IMG/VR virus record: IMGVR_UViG_3300021197_001731
Origin: an uncultured virus (IMG/VR IMGVR_UViG_3300021197_001731)
Taxonomy: Duplodnaviria > Heunggongvirae > Uroviricota > Caudoviricetes
Reading direction: 5' to 3' (one strand)
DNA: 64,000 bases
Shown: positions 1-9,446 of the stretch, piece by piece
How positions within the stretch are numbered: the first letter of the stretch is position 1
Layout: the number at the start of each line of letters is the position of its first letter
Position numbers and translations under genes: made by a program
Notes under the pieces: model-generated
Told to the model about the DNA's origin: nothing
The model's database searches: none
What the model saw: the letters and a program-made list of their open reading frames with translations, nothing else

Positions 1-583
1 CCTGGCCCAAGTTTGGACCCCGGTGAATATTTCTCGATGTTTGTGTGGCTAATAAGCAGCTGTGGTGGATACAGCCGTCGCCCTCAATAGAGTTGAACCA
101 AGAGTTGGTTCCCTCCGACAGCTGACCCAGCCACTTCTGTAGCGTCAACAAACGAATAAACATCTCACACTCGTCATGCAGTTGCTGCTGGCCTGTAGAC
201 AAAGCAATGTCTCTGACTTCAGAGATAGTTGCTTCATCAACCTTTGGCTTACCAGTCTCAGTGACTTTGGTAAAGCGAGCACCACGGAATGTCTGCAGTG
301 CCCAAGCAATGTTCTGACGTGACGTTGGATTAAAGTCGGTCAGCCGAGTCATTGGTGCACCAGCTACATAACCTTTCTTTTTATCTGCACGCTTAGGTGT
401 AAACACCTTACCTGGCACATACAAATAGATTGATTTGATCTTGTGAGTAAGGTCATCAAACTCTTGCTGTAAATCGGTACGTACACGAACTGCGGCGTCG
501 GTATCAAATCTAAAGCCGCTTGCTTCTTGCTGAGCCATAAGCTCGGCCATCCGCATTTCTAAAGCAACGTAATCAGGCATCAT
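1..583 (-). CDS. Family A (T7 gp5-like) DNA polymerase, polymerase-domain half, truncated by the window edge
   Basis: Not in the ORF track. Manual translation from ATG 583/580 gives MPDYVALEMRMAELMAQQEASGFRFD...FNPTSRQNIAWAL...TETGKPKVDE...LQKWLGQLSEGTNSW...HRGPNLGQ, matching the T7-like PolA thumb/palm region. Confidence 0.92.
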   Translation of the reverse strand, partial: MMPDYVALEMRMAELMAQQEASGFRFDTDAAVRVRTDLQQEFDDLTHKIKSIYLYVPGKVFTPKRADKKKGYVAGAPMTRLTDFNPTSRQNIAWALQTFRGARFTKVTETGKPKVDEATISEVRDIALSTGQQQLHDECEMFIRLLTLQKWLGQLSEGTNSWFNSIEGDGCIHHSCLLATQTSRNIHRGPNLGQ

Positions 584-812
584 CTTTTTTGTCTTGGTTA
601 AATCCAAATGTCAGTTCTTTTTCCTTAGCCGCCCTGTCTGCTCGGTTCTTGTGTCCAAGCTTTGCTACAGACTCCATGACCTTGAGACAGTCCTCTGTAG
701 TAGAGCCGTCAGGCATGCGTGTGTGAACAATGTTGAATAGCGGAAAGAAAATCTCCGCTGCCTCTGTCATTTCTTCAGAGTTAAGTGGATCTGATTTCTT
801 AGGAATAGTCAT
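573..812 (-). CDS. Hypothetical 79-aa protein between the two halves of the DNA polymerase
   Basis: ORF overlaps the exonuclease stop and the polymerase start, consistent with translational coupling. Confidence 0.7.
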   Translation of the reverse strand: MTIPKKSDPLNSEEMTEAAEIFFPLFNIVHTRMPDGSTTEDCLKVMESVAKLGHKNRADRAAKEKELTFGFNQDKKDDA

Positions 813-1329
813 TCATTCTCCTTTGCAATAGTTCGTATAGCTTTACTGTTACTTTTGTATCTTGGATGCAATAGTCAAGCATCTCAGGAGTGTAAGTAGA
901 CCAGTCATTACTGGTGTTCTTAGCAAAGTCTCCTTTGAAGCACTTTAATCTATAGCCCCATGCTTCTAGGCTATGTGAGCCGTAGAGCCTTTGTGGCATT
1001 CCAATAGGTCTTCTTTCATAATCTCGCTCACTAATGTGAGGATAATACAAGCGAGACAGAGTAAGTGTGTCAAGGTAAGTACCTCTTGGCGCAAACTCTG
1101 GAAACTGTTCTTTAAGAAGTGGGACATCATATCCGAGAATATTGTGGCCAATAAGAACATCTGCTCGTTCAAGGGCTTTTACTCCTTGAATAACTGCACG
1201 TTCTGGCTTGTAGTCAAAGACTTCGGCTTCTTCTACGTTACCCATATCGCGAATCACAATGCAATGAATTGTGGATCCGACACGCAGTAATCCTGTGCTT
1301 TCTATATCAAATAATAGTTCAGTTGTCAT
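799..1329 (-). CDS. Stand-alone 3'-5' proofreading exonuclease domain of the T7-like DNA polymerase
   Basis: ExoI FDIES, ExoII GHNILGYD, HSLEAWGYRL and ExoIII YCIQD motifs as in the T7 gp5 N-terminus. Confidence 0.92.
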   Translation of the reverse strand: MTTELLFDIESTGLLRVGSTIHCIVIRDMGNVEEAEVFDYKPERAVIQGVKALERADVLIGHNILGYDVPLLKEQFPEFAPRGTYLDTLTLSRLYYPHISERDYERRPIGMPQRLYGSHSLEAWGYRLKCFKGDFAKNTSNDWSTYTPEMLDYCIQDTKVTVKLYELLQRRMNDYS

Positions 1330-1849
1330 AGATAGTTTCTACCGCTGGTTTTTCTGTGGATGGATCTGGATATAATTTTTTATCAATTTTGCGATTGGCA
1401 TGTTTGTTAACTGAGAGTCTGGGATCCTCATCTTCGAAATGAGGTTCAATAGCAATGTCCAGTTCACGTGCTAGCCGTGCTGCCCTACGGAACTCATCCT
1501 TGTAGTAAGGCTCCCAATCAGACGCCAGTACAACGATCTTCCGAATACCCATAATGTGTGCCTGAAAGACAGAGGCAGAGAAGGGATATCGCGTTGAATA
1601 GATAGTTGCACCAGTCATAGGAGTTCCTCGCTTGCATGCACCGGCAATGGCATAGCAAACAGGATCTATCTCCACATGAGAGTCAGTAAGCAGTGAGCGT
1701 CCGTCACCCATGATCTCTCGATCACGAACGATGACACAGCCGCCAGGGCAAGATGGATGTGTTGATGCAGCTCCAACTGCCTTAGCAATATCAATGAAAT
1801 GTTGCTCCTTATTTTTTATATAAGTGGGATCACCTTTGGGTGCTGTCAT
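1319..1849 (-). CDS. dCMP/cytidine deaminase-fold protein with degenerate Zn site
   Basis: FIDIAKAV...GCVIVRD...GATIYSTRYPF...GIRKIVV follows the dCMP deaminase pattern, but PCxxC is replaced by PFSAS. Start chosen at ATG 1849. Confidence 0.7.
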   Translation of the reverse strand: MTAPKGDPTYIKNKEQHFIDIAKAVGAASTHPSCPGGCVIVRDREIMGDGRSLLTDSHVEIDPVCYAIAGACKRGTPMTGATIYSTRYPFSASVFQAHIMGIRKIVVLASDWEPYYKDEFRRAARLARELDIAIEPHFEDEDPRLSVNKHANRKIDKKLYPDPSTEKPAVETIYDN

Positions 1850-1907
1850 ATCACATTTGAGAGTCGATACTCTTATATTAGGTAGTGAAACATATGATTG
1901 CGGATAC

Positions 1908-2264
1908 ATGGATTACTTCAAATTCACTAAAGACATGGAAGAATATGATGATTGGAATCGTATGAATGACAAAGCAAATTGGACTCGATTAAGTGAATTA
2001 GATGGCAAGCATTCGATCAATGATGCGTGGTTAGATTTTAGGGCTAGCGATCGTGTACATAGCCCTAGCCATTACACAGCAGGTAAGCAGGAAGTAATTG
2101 ATGTCATCGAAGACACCATCAAGAGTGCACCTGATGTAACACGAGGGATGCTTCAAGGGCAAGTAATGAAGTACCTAATGCGCTTATGGCTTAAGGACAA
2201 CCCGCTTGAAGATGCTAAGAAAGCACGTTGGTATCTCGATCGTTTGATTAGCAAAATGAGTTAA
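1908..2264 (+). CDS. DUF3310 / T7 gp1.7-like (putative nucleotide kinase) protein
   Basis: VHSPSHY...EVIDVI...GQVMKYLMR...KDNPLEDAKKARWYL signature. Likely start ATG 1908. Confidence 0.8.
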   Translation: MDYFKFTKDMEEYDDWNRMNDKANWTRLSELDGKHSINDAWLDFRASDRVHSPSHYTAGKQEVIDVIEDTIKSAPDVTRGMLQGQVMKYLMRLWLKDNPLEDAKKARWYLDRLISKMS

Positions 2265-2677
2265 CACCTTACAAATTTAAATATCCCATTCTCGCAAGTA
2301 AGAGTTTCATGCTCTTGCTTGTGGTCTAGTAGTTTGTTGATGATATAACCAGAAGCAATAGAAGTGTGCTTGAACTCAACTGTAATACCTTGATCGAAAC
2401 CTGGCAACTCTGGGTTATACCAATTTACAGGACGTAAGTATTCCCATGGATCGAGCCCCTGTGACACCCATGCATTTAGTTCCTCTAAGCGTTGAGCAGT
2501 CTTGATGATGTGAGCTTCATGAGCAATCTCAATCGGTAAAGACTTGAATTCATTATTGCTTAGCAGTGCATGCTTCCACATAAGCGTTCCATCCTTATGG
2601 ATCAGACGGCATGGATGCACGCGATTGCCTGAAGGCATCGTATAGAAAGCATCAGGAGAAATATGTCTACTCATCAC
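2261..2677 (-). CDS. Hypothetical protein
   Basis: 138-aa ORF coupled to the upstream gene. Confidence 0.6.
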   Translation of the reverse strand: MMSRHISPDAFYTMPSGNRVHPCRLIHKDGTLMWKHALLSNNEFKSLPIEIAHEAHIIKTAQRLEELNAWVSQGLDPWEYLRPVNWYNPELPGFDQGITVEFKHTSIASGYIINKLLDHKQEHETLTCENGIFKFVRC

Positions 2678-3342
2678 ACTTCTCCTCTGTGCTCTTCGTA
2701 GTGCTCTAAATCTTTGTACCAGTTATCACCAGCATACTCATTGTATATGACCCTACCAATGTCACGGAAGGTGTTATGGAATAGAGTAATCTTATCAATG
2801 TCGCTAATGGTTGCATCCAAAGGTGGGCCATAAATTAATACATTCCAGGTTGAAGGGCAAACTGGTTCAAAGCCCTTAGAAGTAGCGCGAAGTTGCTTAA
2901 CACGACGAAAAGGAATACAGACAGGATAATCCCATATAACCGGAGTCGCTCTGACGATTTCTGATGCACTAGTAAAAAATACGAAACTGTTTATGTGATT
3001 ATTGCGATACTCATTAATAGTTTTGTTTAACCACACACGAGTGTTTCGCACTGCACCCTTGGGTGCTACCCAGACATTTCCATGCCAGTGTTCTTGCAGT
3101 GGATTTGTTTCCAATGAAGGCACCGATGTTGCATCTACTAATACCTGTTGAACAGGATCAGAAGTGGGGTCATAGTCAATTGAGCCCATCACTTGACGAG
3201 CTCTTTCAATTAACTGGGGTGTTGGGTAGAGAGGAAGTTTTAAACCACTCTCTTTAAGCCTAGCTTGTAAATTCTGCTGCGAGCGCTCGGAAGCTTTCTT
3301 GGCTCCCACCTGCTTCGACTGCAAATGTTCTTGTTCCAGCAT
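2674..3342 (-). CDS. Phage N6-adenine DNA methyltransferase-like protein, catalytic motif degenerate
   Basis: YPTPQLIERARQVMGSIDYDPTS...WHGNVWVAPKG aligns by eye to phage Dam-type WYTP...IDLDPAS...W.G.VWLNPPY, but NPPY is absent. Confidence 0.65.
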   Translation of the reverse strand: MLEQEHLQSKQVGAKKASERSQQNLQARLKESGLKLPLYPTPQLIERARQVMGSIDYDPTSDPVQQVLVDATSVPSLETNPLQEHWHGNVWVAPKGAVRNTRVWLNKTINEYRNNHINSFVFFTSASEIVRATPVIWDYPVCIPFRRVKQLRATSKGFEPVCPSTWNVLIYGPPLDATISDIDKITLFHNTFRDIGRVIYNEYAGDNWYKDLEHYEEHRGEV

Positions 3343-3682
3343 TACTGATCAAGGTAATTAGTACATTTTTTGACCAGTCATTTTCATCAATCTCTTCCAG
3401 CAGCTTGCGCAGGAATTCAACTACATCACTATCCTCATTAGCTTCGGCAGTATTAATATCAGATTCCAAAGAAGTTCCTGACATAAATGTAGTTGAGTCG
3501 TTGCACAGATTGATTACTAATGAACCTGCACCTTCTGCAAGTACACCATTTGAGGCAATGTTAATTAGATCAGTAAGAATTAGTTCGGCAGTAGCAGCAA
3601 GAAACTTTTGCTCTTGCTCCTTCTCATCACCAAATTTATCTGATTGAATTAATTGTTGAAGTAGATCTGTGCGTCTAGACAT
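3260..3682 (-). CDS. Hypothetical acidic protein
   Basis: 140-aa ORF in the operon. Confidence 0.65.
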   Translation of the reverse strand: MSRRTDLLQQLIQSDKFGDEKEQEQKFLAATAELILTDLINIASNGVLAEGAGSLVINLCNDSTTFMSGTSLESDINTAEANEDSDVVEFLRKLLEEIDENDWSKNVLITLISNAGTRTFAVEAGGSQESFRALAAEFTS

Positions 3683-3714
3683 AATGTAATGACTCTTTTA
3701 ATAGGATAAGTAAA

Positions 3715-4530
3715 TTAAAACTCTGACGTGGGATCTTCGTCATCAGTTTGGTGATCTTCAGGCTGTTCAAATAGTCCAGGAGATTCTGGTTTTGTTTGAC
3801 TGATGTGTCGTCCTTGCAGCATGTCAACCATGACAGCTTCAAAGCGTTCGTCAAACATAGAGTTTGGGTTAAGGATGAGCTCTTCCCGTTGATCTAACCC
3901 TTCAGCTAACGCTATTTTTTCTTGTTCTTTCACTGCTTGCTGTATGACATACTCAGCTATTTGCTGTCTGAGTGTGTGTAGTTCACAAGCAAGTTCAAAA
4001 CTTTCTAGATAGCTATCATGATCTACAAATACCCCAATATTTTGAGGAATAAGATGAAAGGGATTACAGCAATACTTGTTGCCACAAGTAGTCTTAACAC
4101 CAGTGAAACCGAGATCACCCCATGTAAACCACATCGCAACACGTTGAGGATGGTGCTGCGTTGATGATGAGATGCCATGCCTTCTCCATGCAAATTGAGG
4201 TTGCTTAGTTCTCTTATTAATACATCCGTTCCATTCCCAGCATTCATCTGGATCACCCATGTCAACTAATGACCAGAATCTGAGTGCTTTGACTCGATTC
4301 TTTTTAAGTAACTTAGAAATATCAAAGGACATTCGCCCTTCACGTGCACCTGCTACACAGCGAACACAAGCCTGATGGCTGTCGTAGCGCATGCTGTGCG
4401 AGGAGAATCTGCCAAGGGAATGTCCTGAGTAAAGGCAGAGCTCTCCTTCTTCAGCTGTATTAGACATCTGTTTGACGCGCCTGCCATAAGCATGGCCGCC
4501 AACTTTTTTAGAAGGAACAGCTTCGGCCAT
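3715..4530 (-). CDS. Zn-binding HNH-like protein, probably inactive
   Basis: ECWEWNG...HHPQRVAM...KTTCGNKYCCNPFHL resembles the HNH_3 motif CW.W.G...HR...HxCxNxxCxNPxHL. Confidence 0.65.
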   Translation of the reverse strand: MAEAVPSKKVGGHAYGRRVKQMSNTAEEGELCLYSGHSLGRFSSHSMRYDSHQACVRCVAGAREGRMSFDISKLLKKNRVKALRFWSLVDMGDPDECWEWNGCINKRTKQPQFAWRRHGISSSTQHHPQRVAMWFTWGDLGFTGVKTTCGNKYCCNPFHLIPQNIGVFVDHDSYLESFELACELHTLRQQIAEYVIQQAVKEQEKIALAEGLDQREELILNPNSMFDERFEAVMVDMLQGRHISQTKPESPGLFEQPEDHQTDDEDPTSEF

Positions 4531-4766
4531 TAGAAAGATCCCTCTGGTTTTACATAAGTTCCACCATGAGCGGGGTATTGATCGTTCGTACCCAGTGATT
4601 CGAGTTGATTGTTAATCATGTACTCGTAACGAGTTGAGTTCTCGTATTTAATTCGAACTAGTTTTGAGCTCGGGGTGTAATACTCAGGTCGTCCAACAAC
4701 CAAAGCATCCATCCCATTAGTTTGTACACGGACACGCAGCCCAATCTTGATATCGGAAGCAAGCAT
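4530..4766 (-). CDS. Small hypothetical protein (possible SH3-like barrel)
   Basis: 78-aa ORF coupled to the downstream gene by a TAATG overlap. Confidence 0.6.
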   Translation of the reverse strand: MLASDIKIGLRVRVQTNGMDALVVGRPEYYTPSSKLVRIKYENSTRYEYMINNQLESLGTNDQYPAHGGTYVKPEGSF

Positions 4767-4795
4767 ATTAATACCTTATATATTGTTTAGTTTAA

Positions 4796-7030
4796 TTAGA
4801 AGTCGTTCAAAATATGGGATTCATCTAAAGGATCATCCTTTGGACGTTGCCAAATACGAATCGATTTAGATTTACCATTAGCATCTTTCCTGCTTGTTAC
4901 CAAGCGCCTCCACCCCATTGACTGAAGTACATCAGCAACACGGCGTCCTTCACGACGTGACTGGTTACGAGGGTCAAGCTCTAGTGCATGAGTAAGCACA
5001 TCGGCTGCAGTGACCTCTTGTTTGATTGCAACGTAAGCTCCAATCTTGTCTAACCAAGGATCTGGATCACCAAACTCTTGGATGTATTCAGAGATTGCAG
5101 CAATCTCACCACTGTTGAATTCATATCCAACGCCGCTACGGTAAGCATCTACCGCCGCTGCCCACAGACTATCTCGTTCTAGCTCTAATTGCTTCCAAGG
5201 AATCTGAAATCCTCCTGCAATTTCTAACGGAACAAATCGTCTGTTACCAGTACTGTCAACAAGGAATTGATTCCTATTGGTAGTACCGATCATCACAAAG
5301 CGCCGAGGCAGCTTGGATGGAAGGGATGCATATGGATAACGAACTTCATCAACACGACTAGTAATTAGGTTCTTAAAGTTTTCAATGTTCCTGACATTGA
5401 AGTAGTTATCAATCTCAGGGAGCTCAAGCAGCCATGCCATGTGAAGGCGGTACTGCTCTTTCATCAGTGTCTCTAAGGGAATAGTGATCTCTGCGAACAG
5501 GGCATCAGGTACCAAGTTCCTAGCGAACATGGATTTACCTACACCCTGAGCACCCACAAGAATGGGTAGCCAAGACATGGATGCACCTGGGTTATAAGCA
5601 CGAGCTACTGCACCGATCATCATGCGCTGCATGGCAAGAGTGGCTAGCTGATGCTTATTACCTAGGAAGACTTCTCCAATACGATCCCAATCTTTGTGAG
5701 GTATTGCATGAGCTGCACATCCATCTAAGTATTTAGTAATAGGGCAGTAGCCATTTTTACCTGCTGCATATTGAATAGCGGACTTGATACGTGGCTCAGG
5801 AATGAAGACTCCGTACTCACAAGCAAGCTTGGTAGTCATGATGTCTAGGTCATTACCTTCGAGCTGTACGACTTTCCCGTTGGGGTCGTCATACTCAATG
5901 GCATTAGTGAGTCTGTTCTTACGTAAACCAGTCAAGATTGATTTGACTTTGTCAACGTCAGCTTCACGCTCTTTCGCAGCGTCATCACTGCTTTTCTTTG
6001 GTCGCCCACGCTTGGCAACCTTTTTGGAATCCGGTAAGGGTTCCGGTTCGAACTGCATAGTTTCTCCTTTTGCTTGTCGTATAACCTCTTCAAAACTGAC
6101 TAACGGATCAGTCTCTGTATAACCAACCGCTCCACCAGATGCACCGAAGCGCATATCACGTGGAAGTTTACTAGTCCAATTAGGATCTTGCTTCTTTGCA
6201 AGCGAATATAGTTTAGTATGACCGGCATATTTGCCGAGACCTTTCCACTTAAATGCTCGAATATTTTCTTCTTTGTGACCATGGTGGCCGCGTATGACCC
6301 AGTCAACCCAGTCATCAAACAGAACGCCACCTACGCCAGCACAGGCTGCCATCACGGGCACGTAGTAAGACTCGTACTCGTCATCATCTGAGGGCCGTAG
6401 GAACTCACGAAGAAGCCACTGGCATCGTTTAACGTCGATGTCTTCACAGTCTGAATGTACAAACTCCGTAGGCTCGTCGTAATCAATATCAGCAAGCAGG
6501 AATGCAGGCACCAATGCACCATCATTGAGACGATGACGGGTAGCTGTATTGCCATACCAAAGCCGCTCAGGCTTTTGTCCACAGTTATCTTTAAGATCAT
6601 CAAGCTGCAGATCGGCAAGCAAGCGATTAACGATTAACCAATAAGCACCGCGATGCTGTCTAGATGATTCAAGATCAATCTCTAGTGCAAAGATTGCACG
6701 GAATCTATGTTCCTGTTCTGTGTGACTAGCAGATGTATATGTAGCAAGGCACCACTCTTTAGCAGTTGTAGTTGCCCAAAACTTATCTAGAGTAGTGTCG
6801 CCATCAAAGTCGATGACAATGATGTTGCTACCTGCTGCATTATCAGCACGCCTGTGTCGATCAATAAAATGAGTGGCGCACCAGCCGTAGCCATGCTCCA
6901 CCCATCCGAGTAGCCAGTCGATGCTGACTAATACATTTGACCAACCGCGAGCAACCAGTTGAGGGTTGCTTTTATTTTGGCAGTTCTTATTGACTGCTAC
7001 TTTCAGTATCTTTTGCACTCTCCATCTCAT
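4796..7030 (-). CDS. Primase (AEP/PriCT-like) fused to VirE/VapE-type P-loop helicase
   Basis: N-terminal IDFD and YTSASH...RFR primase motifs. Walker A GAQGVGKS and GTTN...FLVDSTGNRRF are typical of the VirE family. Exact start uncertain. Confidence 0.88.
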   Translation of the reverse strand: MRWRVQKILKVAVNKNCQNKSNPQLVARGWSNVLVSIDWLLGWVEHGYGWCATHFIDRHRRADNAAGSNIIVIDFDGDTTLDKFWATTTAKEWCLATYTSASHTEQEHRFRAIFALEIDLESSRQHRGAYWLIVNRLLADLQLDDLKDNCGQKPERLWYGNTATRHRLNDGALVPAFLLADIDYDEPTEFVHSDCEDIDVKRCQWLLREFLRPSDDDEYESYYVPVMAACAGVGGVLFDDWVDWVIRGHHGHKEENIRAFKWKGLGKYAGHTKLYSLAKKQDPNWTSKLPRDMRFGASGGAVGYTETDPLVSFEEVIRQAKGETMQFEPEPLPDSKKVAKRGRPKKSSDDAAKEREADVDKVKSILTGLRKNRLTNAIEYDDPNGKVVQLEGNDLDIMTTKLACEYGVFIPEPRIKSAIQYAAGKNGYCPITKYLDGCAAHAIPHKDWDRIGEVFLGNKHQLATLAMQRMMIGAVARAYNPGASMSWLPILVGAQGVGKSMFARNLVPDALFAEITIPLETLMKEQYRLHMAWLLELPEIDNYFNVRNIENFKNLITSRVDEVRYPYASLPSKLPRRFVMIGTTNRNQFLVDSTGNRRFVPLEIAGGFQIPWKQLELERDSLWAAAVDAYRSGVGYEFNSGEIAAISEYIQEFGDPDPWLDKIGAYVAIKQEVTAADVLTHALELDPRNQSRREGRRVADVLQSMGWRRLVTSRKDANGKSKSIRIWQRPKDDPLDESHILNDF

Positions 7031-7739
7031 GAAATTGTTGGGCTCTCTTCAAAAACTTTGCTTCGAATCTGTCCAGCTGATCGGTATCAATAAAGATACC
7101 TTGAGAGGTTTCTGGAGTAGAAACAATAATCAAAGCTACATCACATTTATATCCTGTTCGTTCAGCTAACGCGAGGCGGTAAGCCGCCATTTGCTGAGCG
7201 CACTTTTGATATTTCCTAAATCCACCAAAACCTAAACGGTCTCCTTTCTCAGGAAACACAGCAGAGTAAGGAGCGTTACTGGTTTTAAAGTCAGCAATTA
7301 TCTTTACTCCACCAATCTCTCCGATCAAGTCAGGACAACCAGCGTACAAATGTTCTGTTGACCAGACATATGCAACTTCGCGGTCATCACTTCTGAGGTG
7401 ATTCCAGTCAGGACGCAGAGGACGTTCCGACCAATGAAGTGTATCAAACCAATCTAGGTATGGTGTGATTCCATTCCAGAAGTCTTGATATTCTTCAGAA
7501 ACTCCGGGATCTAATCCACGGAGATAGTTTTCACAACCAAGGTGTATAGCTGAGCCTCGCGTTGAAGCCGCTTCTAATGCACCAGGGTTGTTCTTTTGCC
7601 AGTTACGTAATCCAGCTTTAGCCTTTTCAGTTTCCGTGGCAGACAGGACTGTAGTTACCGATGGCATATACAGACCTGAACAAAGGTACTTTCTATAGCC
7701 GCTCGGAGTTTGTATCCGATACGGCTTATCAGTAGTCAC
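6987..7739 (-). CDS. PD-(D/E)XK exonuclease (Cas4/RecB-like)
   Basis: PSVTTVL, RGSAIH, YAGCPD, IADFKTS and QMAAY motifs. Confidence 0.88.
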   Translation of the reverse strand: MTTDKPYRIQTPSGYRKYLCSGLYMPSVTTVLSATETEKAKAGLRNWQKNNPGALEAASTRGSAIHLGCENYLRGLDPGVSEEYQDFWNGITPYLDWFDTLHWSERPLRPDWNHLRSDDREVAYVWSTEHLYAGCPDLIGEIGGVKIIADFKTSNAPYSAVFPEKGDRLGFGGFRKYQKCAQQMAAYRLALAERTGYKCDVALIIVSTPETSQGIFIDTDQLDRFEAKFLKRAQQFHEMESAKDTESSSQ

Positions 7740-7887
7740 CCTCTTCTACCTGCTCTTGGAAGTTCTGCGAATACGTTGCGCCTGTATCTGTAACTGTGGT
7801 CTGCTCATGAAACATGGCATACAGTTGCCCCACTGCGTTCCCTACTGCTTCCGTTACCTGTCCAATTGCTTCGACACGCTGAGTCAT
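7729..7887 (-). CDS. C-terminal part of a hypothetical protein (5' end lies in the gap)
   Basis: Open frame from the gap to a stop overlapping the exonuclease start. Confidence 0.5.
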   Translation of the reverse strand: MTQRVEAIGQVTEAVGNAVGQLYAMFHEQTTVTDTGATYSQNFQEQVEEGDY

Positions 7888-7987
7888 NNNNNNNNNNNNN
7901 NNNNNNNNNNNNNNNNNNNNNNNNNNNNNNNNNNNNNNNNNNNNNNNNNNNNNNNNNNNNNNNNNNNNNNNNNNNNNNNNNNNNNNN
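7888..7987. other. Assembly gap (100 N)
   Basis: Run of N. Confidence 0.99.
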
Positions 7988-8682
7988 GTCCCTACATGGG
8001 CTCCACGTTTGTCGGTTCCACCAGCAGGAAGACCTTTCTCATCAACTTGTTTGCCATCGAAAGGATCTTTCCCTTCAAAGAAATTAGGTAACCAAATGGT
8101 GTCCTTCTCTTTGTCCCAAGTTGACTTAATCTTATCTGGCACCTTACGGACTTTCGGTAAGATGCTGTATGTAGTTTCCAGACCGGCTCCCTTACGGCTA
8201 ATCTTAATTGAAAAATTAGCAAGCCCGTCTTCCGTCCAAGTGTAGTCTTCAATTTCTTGAAGAATCTCTGTGAGTTGTTCCCTAAGTGACTTTTGTTCAA
8301 TGAATAGTACCTCTAAACGACCGCGAGCTGCACTTGTGCCAACCCATGCAAGGAATCGCCGTGGCTTGACATAAGTTCCATCGATTTTGGGTCGATCTGG
8401 CTTGGACCAATCGGTCTCTCGTGCGATATCTTCGGGCTGCCCAGGATGAGTGCGAGTAACAACGTAGCCGTTGAAACGCAAATCACCAGTCTTAGCATCA
8501 CGGCATTCGGATGCATATTGCCAACCGACGATTGCATGGCCTGTTTCGTAGCACCCGAGTAGTCGGAACTCTTCTGACTCTCCGTCTTTAAGACTGCTTG
8601 GTTTCCAATAAGGTTGTGGTTCTCTTGTTTCAATTTTATCTGTTTTTTCCAGCATTTCTGGAGGTAGGACTTGTAGCGCCAT
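7988..8682 (-). CDS. Putative ssDNA-binding/annealing protein, 3' end in the gap
   Basis: Start MALQVLPP at 8682. YWKP...FRLL...IKISRKGAGLETTYSILP resembles gp32-like/phage SSB proteins, and it sits next to the exonuclease. Confidence 0.55.
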
Positions 8683-8764
8683 ATTGATGTTATTTAGACT
8701 CTCCAAATATAAGTAATGCAATGGAAAAATGTGAGCTTAAAGTTATGCGAATGACCGATTCTTA

Positions 8765-9391
8765 TTAAGGCTTAGAAGTATTTGCGTAGTGTCCATACCA
8801 GATAACCAAGCTATAACGAGTACCTTCTCTAAGCATGTTGACTCGGTGCTCACATTTAGACGGGAAAATAACAAAGTCCCCGAACTTCATTTTGAAGATA
8901 CGAATGTTAGCGTTGCTGCCATCTTTAATAAATAACTCAGCACCGTCATACATTTCTGAGCAACTCAAACATACACTGATGCTTAGTTCTCTAACGAAAT
9001 CAGTTGCATCGTCATCATAATAGTCTTGATGCCAGTCGTAGTGATCAGTAACTTCATCGTAGATAGTGAATTGATATTCTGTAGCTAAGTCAGAAATGTT
9101 TAGATTAAAGTATCCTACGTTAATTTCTTCAACAAGTTTGTCAATAAGGTCCGTAGCTTCTTGAGATTTCGTCAGCCAATGTAGCTTGCCTTTCCTTATT
9201 TCTAAATTTAAGTCATCTCCATCTTCATCGTCTTCAGAATCTCCAATACATGCTATTGAGAATTTCTCTGCTTGAATAACTTCTTCAGCTATTATTGAAT
9301 CAATTTTTTCTGCCGTTTCAAGACTGAGCCTTCCACTGACAATATTGTCAGTTACTAAGTCAATATCAAAGGCTGGATAATCGGCAAACAT
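8765..9391 (-). CDS. 2OG-Fe(II) oxygenase (prolyl-4-hydroxylase-like)
   Basis: HxD (WHQD), RELSISVCL, YDGAEL, IFPS..EHRV and GTRYSLVIW motifs. Confidence 0.9.
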   Translation of the reverse strand: MFADYPAFDIDLVTDNIVSGRLSLETAEKIDSIIAEEVIQAEKFSIACIGDSEDDEDGDDLNLEIRKGKLHWLTKSQEATDLIDKLVEEINVGYFNLNISDLATEYQFTIYDEVTDHYDWHQDYYDDDATDFVRELSISVCLSCSEMYDGAELFIKDGSNANIRIFKMKFGDFVIFPSKCEHRVNMLREGTRYSLVIWYGHYANTSKP

Positions 9392-9446
9392 AGGTCTCTT
9401 TTTTTAACATTAAAAAAGGCCTCACAAGAGACCATTTTGGGTATAT

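Noticed and set aside
573..812. Group I intron or intein in the polymerase
   Set aside because: No recognisable intron core or Hint motifs; the insert is a coupled ORF and the downstream half has its own ATG.
6987..7739. Cas4-like nuclease as evidence of CRISPR-Cas
   Set aside because: Ordinary phage replication exonuclease context; no array or other cas genes.
7729..8721. Single 330-aa ORF in the track
   Set aside because: It reads through a 100-N placeholder gap and most likely represents two separate genes.
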